Of a DNA stretch of 64,000 bases, positions 1 to 8,027 are shown one piece after another (within the stretch, counting starts at the first letter, position 1; every line of letters starts with the position of its first letter). A program made the position numbers and the translations under genes. Under the pieces are notes generated by a model, which did no database searches, had not been told where the DNA came from, and saw only the letters and a program-made list of their open reading frames with translations. This DNA is from Nitrospirales bacterium (GTDB lineage: Bacteria > Nitrospirota > Nitrospiria > Nitrospirales > UBA8639): positions 384,001 to 448,000 of the forward strand of contig OY820905.2 of NCBI GenBank assembly GCA_963555755.3, in the 5' to 3' direction.

Positions 1-22
1 AAAACCTGATTGCAACGCCTGA

Positions 23-225
23 AGAGAATGTTCCATAAAAGCATGTCCTAAGACTGCCGAAGGAAAGGCCGCAAACCTTTTAACGCACCGAGCGTACCCT
101 CAGTACGTGAGCAACAACGCCGCAAAAAGCGGGAAGTCTGTGAGTCCAATGGTCGGCAAAATGGTGAGAACGCTGTTGGCGGCCCATTTGACCAAGCTCA
201 GAACTGGGATTTTTTAACCTTCCCC
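23..225. repeat. Degenerate copy of the MITE-like repeat at 54024-54166
   Basis: Ends GAGAATGTT.. and ..TTTTTAACCTTCCC; internal AAGGCCGCA..GAGCGTAC..GTACGTG..GAGAACGC also present in the 54 kb copy. Confidence 0.55.
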
Positions 226-344
226 TTAGTCATTTCCGGTTCAGTGTAGCTGGGGCCAGGTACGTCGAAAATTCCAGGCAGTGCGTAGCGTCTCCCCCTC
301 AGCAGCGACCCCAAACCTTTCACCAGAGTCGTGCGGCACCAGAC

Positions 345-929
345 TCAGGTCCCGCTTTTCCCCAGCTTCCCACATTTGTGTCCATGAGAATCAACCGGAC
401 TAGAGGGGGCTCCAGCGGGTTTCTTGCCATCAGCCCACGAGACTGACACGTGCCACTCATTACTCGTGGTGGTCCCGTCGGTCTTGGCCTTGATCACACA
501 GGCCGGCGTCAGAAACAGGCTCCGGTCTTTCTTGGGACCGGCCACGATATTGATTTTCAGGTTATAGGCGCAACTGGCCGGCACGGTATAGACATCGTAT
601 TGGCCAAGACTGGTATCGGAGTCAAACTTGATGTCAATGCCTGAACACGGGGCCCCCGTGTCCGGATGGTCTTGCGAGGGGGTCCCCGCATCGGGTTGGT
701 CGGATTTGGATTTTAAGACGACCGTAGTGACCACATACCCCCCTTTATTCGCATAGACGATGCCGCCACAGGGCTTGGTGCCATCCTTACAGTATGGGTG
801 GGTATAGGAACTTTTTTCCGTTGCCGCTCCAGCCAAGACCGGTAAGCACATGACCGCTGCCAAGGCAATCAGCACCACCCAGCCCTTCGTCAACCCTTCG
901 TGTCCGACAGTGTTTCCGGTAAATTTCAT
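345..929 (-). CDS. Secreted Cys-rich hypothetical protein
   Basis: ORF with RBS AGGAGGGG before ATG at 929; hydrophobic signal peptide (VVLIALAAVMCLPVLAGA); several Cys. Confidence 0.7.
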   Translation of the reverse strand: MKFTGNTVGHEGLTKGWVVLIALAAVMCLPVLAGAATEKSSYTHPYCKDGTKPCGGIVYANKGGYVVTTVVLKSKSDQPDAGTPSQDHPDTGAPCSGIDIKFDSDTSLGQYDVYTVPASCAYNLKINIVAGPKKDRSLFLTPACVIKAKTDGTTTSNEWHVSVSWADGKKPAGAPSSPVDSHGHKCGKLGKSGT

Positions 930-1360
930 TTTGCCCCTCCTTGAGTTTCTGGCAGTTGGTAATATCGGCCGCGCGGCCAACCAGCTCGCGATCGTTTGGT
1001 TGACCCGGGAGTTCTCCTGAGGTCACCCCGTTAACAATCCCCCTTTCACTTCCTTAATTCCCATTTTCTTAATTCCCCTTGGTCTCGTCATCAGAAAATG
1101 ATGCGCATGCCTTGAGATAGATTAACCGAAACACCCCAGCAACAATTATCATTGGTTTGTTGACCATGGTGGCCTCCCATGGGCATCTTGCAACGATGGA
1201 TGGTCCGCGTGAGTCGCCTATCGGGCTGATACCAAACGGGCCTTTTCAGCCCCCATCATCATTGAACATGTCCTTAGACGAATTGTAACTACGCCTACAG
1301 GGGAGATTCGTTCTATTCCTGAATGCCTGAATACACGCGCGACCTTCTGCACGTCGACAC

Positions 1361-1769
1361 CTATGTTGGTAAGCGTCTCTCCCCTGGTGTTGAACACAAT
1401 ACCGCCTTCCCCGCCTCCGGGTTTGTAGAAATATTGGTGTCATCCTTTCGAGAATTCTTGGTTTCTCCTGCATCTATCGCCACTTTCAGCCACACCTCCG
1501 CCCCCTCAGGAATCGTCACATCTTTGTCAAGGTTAAAACAGGCATAATCATGTTGCTTGAGCCGACGATTAAATTGTTTCTTGTGCTTTTTCCCATCTAT
1601 TTTCCAGTACACCCAATCCCTGGAAACCACGTCACTGCCACATTGGGCGTAATAAATTTTGCTAATATTTCCTTCTTCAACACCATAATACCGGGGCCAC
1701 ATTCATGATTCCGGCGACCAGGACCAGGAAGGCCAAAAAATGGGTTCTTCTAACTTTGGTGATACGCAT
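1361..1769 (-). pseudogene. Frameshifted probable paralog of the 345-929 secreted protein
   Basis: Signal peptide (MRITKVRRTHFLAFLVLVAG) in one frame, mature part in another; IYYAQCGSDVV and LKVAIDAGETKN resemble IVYANKGGYVV and LKINIVAGPKKD. Confidence 0.5.
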
Positions 1770-1909
1770 GACGGGTGTTTCCTTGCTGAAAGGGAATAGA
1801 TGATATAGACGCCCCCCCTTTCTAACAGGAACGAGGGCTACCATCAATGATGGATACCTCAACGTGGTAAGCTATGCTTTTGCAACCACATACACCCAAG
1901 GAGGCGTCT

Positions 1910-3028
1910 ATGAAACAGAGTATAGTCTACGTGGGCCTTGATGTCGATGATACCCAGTACCATGGTTCGGCCTTTGCCACACACACTGGTGTCGTCGTGG
2001 ATTTCCAATGTCGGCCAACGCTGAAGGGCCTGCTCCGCCAGCTTGAGAAACTCGGCCAGCATTTTTCTGGATGCGCGGTCAGGTTGTGTTATGAAGCGTC
2101 CTATCTTGGTTATACCCTGCAACGGGATTTAGCCGAACAGGGGTATCATTGTGATGTGGTGGCCCCGACGAGTATCCCCCCCCCTCGCAGCAAACAGATC
2201 AAAACCGATCGCATTGATGCTGCGCAACTGGCCCAATTCTACGCCCATGGCCTGCTCACGTTGATCAGTATCCCCGAGCCGGCACAGGAACAAGACCGGG
2301 ATCTGCTGCGCACGCGCCAGCAGCTGGTCGAGCCGCAAACGGCCCTGCGCAAGCATGTGCAAGCCTTATTGCGCCGCAATGGGGTGCATGACAAGGCGCA
2401 GACCCACAGTCGAACCTATTGGACCACCCATCACTTTTGCTGGCTCGAGCGGACCATCACCGCCACGTCCGGGAGTCTCAAAGTGAACCTGGAGCTCTTG
2501 CTGCGGCACCTGAACGGTTTGACCACCATCCTGGCGGGCTATGACCAACAGATCGAGGAGCTGGCCAGCAGTGCCCGCTATGCGAAACCGGTGCACTCCT
2601 TGACCTGTTACAAAGGAATCAAGAATACCTTTGCCCTCACGATGATTACGGAAATCGGCGATATCACACGTTTTGCCCACCCCCGGCAATTAGTCTCTTG
2701 GATCGGCATGGATATCCGGGAATATTCTTCAGGGGGCACCCACCATCGGTATGGCATCACGAAACATGGCAATCGCTATGTCCGCACGGCCTTCATCGAG
2801 GCGAATCAACGCGGCTACCGCACCGCCATCATCAGCCCGAAGCTGAAGGCCCGACGGGCCCATACGGCCCCCGACTATGTGGCGATTGCGGATCGCTGTT
2901 TACGGCGACTGCATAAGAAAGGCAACCGGCTGCTGTTTGCCGGCAAGCATCCGAACAAAGTCAAGGTGGCCTGCGCTCGGGAAATGGTGGGCTTTGTGGG
3001 GGAATCACTTCGCAACGTGGCCGCCTAG
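1910..3028 (+). CDS. IS110-family DEDD recombinase/transposase
   Basis: YVGLD, CYEA and KTDRID (DEDD) motifs; C-terminal EYSSGG serine motif; RBS AAGGAGG. Confidence 0.95.
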   Translation: MKQSIVYVGLDVDDTQYHGSAFATHTGVVVDFQCRPTLKGLLRQLEKLGQHFSGCAVRLCYEASYLGYTLQRDLAEQGYHCDVVAPTSIPPPRSKQIKTDRIDAAQLAQFYAHGLLTLISIPEPAQEQDRDLLRTRQQLVEPQTALRKHVQALLRRNGVHDKAQTHSRTYWTTHHFCWLERTITATSGSLKVNLELLLRHLNGLTTILAGYDQQIEELASSARYAKPVHSLTCYKGIKNTFALTMITEIGDITRFAHPRQLVSWIGMDIREYSSGGTHHRYGITKHGNRYVRTAFIEANQRGYRTAIISPKLKARRAHTAPDYVAIADRCLRRLHKKGNRLLFAGKHPNKVKVACAREMVGFVGESLRNVAA

Positions 3029-3279
3029 ACAATCATCCAGAGATGAAACAGCCATTTAACGATGTTGTCAGCTTGAGTCCACTGGTTGATCCGGAGGAGA
3101 AGACAGAGATGGGGAAGCCCACGTGAATTCCTTAGCAAGGAAAGCCGCTGAGAATAGATTGTGGTCACCCCAACACGGACAACTCTTTATGCGTTACCCA
3201 GCACGCGAATACGAGGATGTGAGTCCACGGTCACATCCCGCTCAAGGATCAATCCAGTACAATTCAAGTTGACAATGGA
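3029..3279 (+). ncRNA. Putative bridge RNA / seekRNA region of the IS1111 element
   Basis: About 250-bp non-coding region with stem-loops; AATTCCT (3126-3132) and GAATAG (3152-3157) match the two halves of the insertion site. Confidence 0.75.
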
Positions 3280-3290
3280 GCGTCTATACA

Positions 3291-3750
3291 AGGAATTTTA
3301 AAAGCTCTTTTTGACTGGACTCCAAAGTACCCAAGATCTCTGTGAGGGATCAATCCCCAGCGTCTGCCATCTGAAATGCTGGAGTGCATCCTGAGAGTAG
3401 GGTCTGACGGGCCCTTTTCTAGGGATCAGTTTTGCTCTCTTGTAGTATGTGGGTCGGGAAAATGGAGCACTTTTTGTCCTGCCCGGGGGCCAAGGGCGAT
3501 GCGGTAGGTGCAGGTCGCCGCATGTAGCGGTGCCGGGGCCGGATCGTGATCAGGATTGGTCAGGTAAGGTAAGGAATCTCGGTATCTTCTTCCTTGAGCG
3601 CGCCTTGGCAAGTTAACCCCTTCAGCAGTCGCGTGATGATCCGCGTGAGTAAGTTCTGAAGCTGGTCAGTGGTGGGGGGCGGCACTGGCTGAAAGACGAA
3701 GATGCCGTAGTGAGGCGATTGACCCCATCGAGTACCAATCAGGATGGAAA
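3291..3750 (-). pseudogene. IS91/ISCR-like rolling-circle transposase fragment (middle part) plus oriIS-like end
   Basis: Translates LVLDG..FQPVPPPTTDQLQNLL..LHAATCTYRIALGPRAGQKVL; 3291-3430 is homologous to 5983-6120. Confidence 0.75.
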
Positions 3751-3754
3751 ACAG

Positions 3755-5915
3755 CTATTGAGTGGGCGCAAAGCCTCGACGCATAGTGTTCTCACTCGTC
3801 ACACGTTGGACCATGAATTGTTGCAAGTACCCTTCCCCTCCCGCCTTGGTGCCCACCCCTGAAAGTCGATGTCCGCCAAAGGGCTGCCGTCCAACTAATG
3901 ATCCGGTGATGGGGCGGTTGATGTAGAAATTTCCGACATCAAAAGTTTCACGGGCCCGTTGGATGTTCGCCGGGCTTCGGGAGTACACCCCGCCTGTCAG
4001 GGCAAAATCCGATTGCATGGCCATAGCCAGCGCATCTTCAAATGATGGGCATCGAAGGACCGCCACGACCGGCCCAAAAATTTCTTCTTGAGCCATCCGG
4101 TGATGGGACTGGATTTCTCCCACGATCACGGGTCCTTGAAACCATCCTTCACTCTCAATGACCCGGTCCAGCAACACCTTGCCTTCCTGGCGGGCAATGT
4201 CCACATATTCCCGTACTTTGTGTAGTGCCCGTTGATCGATCATCGGCCCCATTTGATTGCTGGGATCTTCGGGGGGGCCGATATGCAGGCTGTTAGCGGC
4301 TTGGGTGAGTCTTTCAATGAACTCGTTGTAAACCGGTTCAAGAACAATGGCTCGTGAGCATGCGGAACACTTTTGCCCCTGATATCCGGTGAAAGAGTAC
4401 AGTACCCCGTGCACGGCTTCGTCCAAATCCGCGGTTTCATCAATAATGATGGCATTCTTTCCACCCATTTCCGCAATGGCATGTGTGACATGATGTTGTC
4501 CGGGTTGCATCTTCGATGCCTGGTTGATGATTTGAAGTCCGGCCTCTTTTGATCCGGTAAATGCAATGACATGAATCTGAAGATGCGAAACGAGGGCTTT
4601 GCCAATCTCCGGCCCGCCGGGAAGGAAATGAAGTACGCCATCAGGCAAACCCGCTTCTCGAAAAAGCTGCGATAGATGATAGCCCATCATCGGTGAACGC
4701 TCGGATGGTTTGAACAGCACGGCGTTACCCGTGACGAGGGCGGAAGATACCAGTCCGGTTGGAATGGCCAAAGAGAAGTTCCAAGGAGAAATCACAACCG
4801 CCAATCCGCGAGGCCGCCATTCGAGATGATTCAGCTCCCCAGGTTCTTGCCCAAGCCGTTGGGGTCGGCCTAATCGGCGCATCTCCCGCGCATAAAATTC
4901 CAGAAAATCGATGGCTTCGGCAATGTCGCCATCTGCCTCTCGCCATGGTTTGCCCGTTTCAAAAATTTCCCAAGCCGCGAGTTCATGCCGACGTTGCCGC
5001 ATAAGTTCGGCGACCCGACATAAATAATCCGCGCGAGTATCCGCCGACGTTGTCCGCCATTGTTTCCATGCAATCTGAGCCGATTGAATGACTCCCTCGA
5101 TTTCCGCAGGAGCGTAGCTTGGCATCCTGACAATAATTTCGTTCGGGCGGCTCGGGTTGGTGGAAACCAGTTCATCCTTGAGTTGTCCTACGGTGGGCGG
5201 AACATAAAAATTCACTGTCTTTCCCAGTTGTCCCTTGACGCTCTCAATTGCTTCCGACATGGCCTGGCGAGCTGCTTCCCGTGAAAAATCGGTGTGCGGT
5301 TCATTTTTAAAAGATGGACCCATGTCTTGTTCATGAATCATGGCGTGTTGTCCAGAGACCTGAGAGGCGTGTGGAGGGGCCAGTAATACGTCAAGTGGTG
5401 TCTCATGATCTCGCTGCTTCGAGATAAAGGATTCATTCGACGTGTTTTCCAGAAGTCGCCGTACGAGGTACGCCATTCCGGGGATCAATTCCCCAACTGG
5501 CGTATACACACGAACGCGCCTGCCATATTTCACCACGGCATGTTGTAATGCATCGGCCATGCCATACAGAGATTGGTATTCATAGTTGTCGGGAGCGAAG
5601 TCATGAGCTTGGGCAATGGCTTCGGCATGGGCCAAGCTTCGTAAATTATGCGTGCCAAACGCGGGACGGAACAGAGTGGGGTGGGCGAGTAGTTTGCCAC
5701 TGATGTATTCAAAGTTGGCATCGGTTTCTGCTTTGTGCCGCAACACCGGGATTGGCCAGCCACGCTGCTCGTTTTGAATATTCTCCGCATCCCAGTACGC
5801 CCCTTTTACTAAACGAATGGTAATAGGCGTGCCACGTTGTCGTACCCAATCAACCATGCGATCGAGTGTCATATCCGCATCGCGTAAATAGGTTTGGAGC
5901 GCAATCCCCGCACCG
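3755..5915 (-). pseudogene. putA: 5'-truncated duplicate of putA
   Basis: Near-identical to 8028-10188; lacks about the first 270 codons, so the proline dehydrogenase domain is incomplete while the P5C dehydrogenase domain is intact. Confidence 0.9.
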
Positions 5916-5976
5916 ACTGAGGGTCAGGTCTTGCAGTGCCACATCAGACCAGAGAAAAGGGGATGGCAGGGGAATT

Positions 5977-6004
5977 GGGAATAGGAATTTTAAACGGCCT
6001 TTTT
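5977..6004 (-). other. oriIS-like terminus of an IS91/ISCR-like element
   Basis: Minus strand AAAAAGGCCGTTTAAAATTCCTATTCCC resembles the ISCR oriIS motif (G.GTTT.AA.TTCCTAT.C) and lies about 200 bp downstream of the transposase remnant. Confidence 0.7.
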
Positions 6005-6115
6005 AACTGGATAGAAAGTAACAAAGAACCCGTTGAGAGGTCAATCAACAGCCTCTGCCATCTGAAAGGCGGGAGTCCTCCGGTAAACGGGGTGGAGGGG
6101 CCCATTTTTCATGGA

Positions 6116-6810
6116 TCATGCCCAGTCTTTCGTTCCATAGTGGGAGGTGGGGTGGGGAAATGGGAAAAGGGGGGGTATCGGTTCGAGCACCGAACCGGCA
6201 TCCAGGGGGAAATTAGGCCGTCTGTTGGAACTCGTCGAGGCGACCTGGGCCTTTGGTGGGGCACGGGTTGGCAAGCCCAGGTGCGCGAGAATCTTGGCAA
6301 TCACGGTGGGATCTTCGAAAGCCGCAAGGAGCGCCAACGGGCCGCCGCACTGCGGACAGATGAGGATGTCGATGGCGAAGACTCGTTTGAGTACCTGCGC
6401 CCAGCTCATGTAAGTCCGCGTTGAGGCTGCGGGGGCCTCGCCGTCCGCATTGGAGGAGGCTGTGGCCTGGTCAGACTCGATCTGAGACCGTAGCGCGGCG
6501 GTGGGTGCCAGCACGCTATGGACGCGAATGAGAGAAAGTCGAGGACGTGGGACGAGGGCGGCCCGGCGTTGCAAGAATTCCAGCGGGTTCATCACGAGAT
6601 GGGTGGTGCTATCGCGGTACGGGGTTTTGAGTTGGAGAACGACCTCGCCGGCTGGGGTGTCGCGCAGGCGTTTATAGCCCAGGGCGGGGCGCGTGATGCA
6701 GCGATACAGACATTCGAGGGTCTGCGTCTGCTGGGGACTACATCCTCTGTAGCAACGTTTGCGTAGGTGGCTTGACCGTGAGCGCGGAGTCGGCACAGCG
6801 CGCGGGCATG
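6116..6810 (-). pseudogene. IS91/ISCR-like transposase, degenerate C-terminal fragment
   Basis: ITRPALG..GEVVLQLKTPYRDSTTHLVMNPLEFLQR.AALVPRPR..WAQVLKRVFAIDILICPQCGG; frameshifted N-terminally. Confidence 0.85.
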
Positions 6811-6850
6811 AGATACCAGATACGTTTTTTCTTCCAGGAATGTAAAAAAG

Positions 6851-7138
6851 TCACGCCACGTGTTGGACTTCTTTGTCGATTTGCCTCCCAATGGCACCTT
6901 CGGCAATCGTGAGATCATAGCGGGTCTGAAGATTCATCCAAAACAGCGCATTGTTTCCAAAGTACCGGGATAGGCGGAGGGCAGTGTCCGGAGTAATCCC
7001 ACGTTTTCCATTGAGAATTGAGGTCAGGCGGCCAGAAGGGACGCGCAATGCCAACGACAATTTGTTGGCGGATAACGCGCGGGCTTTCAGCTCACGTTTG
7101 AGAATTCGACCAGGATGGACGGCTACCATGAATTTCAC
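6851..7138 (-). CDS. higA: HigA-family antitoxin (HTH)
   Basis: VHPGRIL..GKRGITPDTALRLSRYFG..FWMNLQ. Confidence 0.92.
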   Translation of the reverse strand: MKFMVAVHPGRILKRELKARALSANKLSLALRVPSGRLTSILNGKRGITPDTALRLSRYFGNNALFWMNLQTRYDLTIAEGAIGRQIDKEVQHVA

Positions 7139-7422
7139 CCCTTGTGATAGTTAACAATATCTACGTTGTACGCATGCTCACCCTTGAACTTGAAACAGAT
7201 ACGCCAAGGGCCGTTGATTGTCATTGCCCACTGACCCTTGCGGCTCCCAGTGAGTTTATGCAACCCCACACTTTTTAATGGGCTAAGATCACTGAGGGAA
7301 GTGGCCGCATCCAAAGCCGCAATAAGATCTTGGGCTGCCTCAGGATCCATGCCTGGGAATTTGGTTCGTTTGCCCTGTTCAAAGAACCTCCGGCTCGTGG
7401 TATTCGCCCAGGATTTTATCAC
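7135..7422 (-). CDS. higB: HigB-family toxin (RelE/ParE fold)
   Basis: LHKLTGSRKGQWAMTINGPWRICFKF; overlaps higA, toxin-first order. Confidence 0.92.
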   Translation of the reverse strand: MIKSWANTTSRRFFEQGKRTKFPGMDPEAAQDLIAALDAATSLSDLSPLKSVGLHKLTGSRKGQWAMTINGPWRICFKFKGEHAYNVDIVNYHKG

Positions 7423-7630
7423 CTCCTTATTATACTACGTTGAACGTAGTATGCAATGCATTCTTCCCACACAACAGAATGAAACAGAAGAGAGGTAACC
7501 TTGAAAGCTGGCCTTCGTTTCTGCTGCAAAAGTATGCCTCCGTTCGTTGCTAGATCGTTGGAATCTCGTCGCTAGTCGTTCGTATCTCGGTTTTTTCCCG
7601 ACTTCTTTTCCTTTGTCCCATCGTCCCCGT

Positions 7631-7702
7631 TGTCATTTCGACCCTTAGGAGAAATCTGTCGTTCCGTAGATGGGGAGATTTCTCCTAAGGGTCGAAATGA
7701 CA
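7631..7702. repeat. REP-like palindrome, TGTCATTTCGA..AGAAATCT / AGATTTCT..TCGAAATGACA family
   Basis: Long inverted repeat; related copies at 26760-26832 and 51767-51837. Confidence 0.85.
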
Positions 7703-7709
7703 GAGGAGG

Positions 7710-7960
7710 GCCTCTTCTGCTGGCGAGGGGATATCCGGCTACACAGTGCCCCAAAGGCGGAACTCGGAAAAGGATCGGCTGGGCAAGACGTCCGGCGGAG
7801 TTCTGCTGGATGAGGTGGTGGGTATGGAGTTTCTTGACCAGCTTGGCGGCGGCATTGGTGGAGCGAAACCCGGCCAGTCGCATGATCTCCTGGTAGGTGG
7901 GCATGCCCCGGTGCGTGCAATCGAAGGCGACAATGGCGGGGAAAAAGCGAGCGGGGAGCC
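7710..7960 (-). pseudogene. LexA-like repressor N-terminal fragment
   Basis: MPTYQEIMRLAGFRSTNAAAKLVKKL..PLGHCVAGYP; truncated at the REP-like palindrome, no peptidase domain. Confidence 0.65.
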
Positions 7961-8027
7961 ATGAGGGCTTAAGGATACGATAAACTGATGTTCACTTCAA
8001 GAGGCAACATTGCAGGGAGGAACACAG

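Larger units (their letters stand above)
1798..3292 (+). mobile_element. IS110-family element, IS1111 type
   Basis: Sub-terminal inverted repeats TATAGACGC (1804-1812) / GCGTCTATA (3280-3288); AG core dinucleotide at both junctions (1798-1799, 3291-3292); long non-coding region downstream of the recombinase. Confidence 0.9.
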
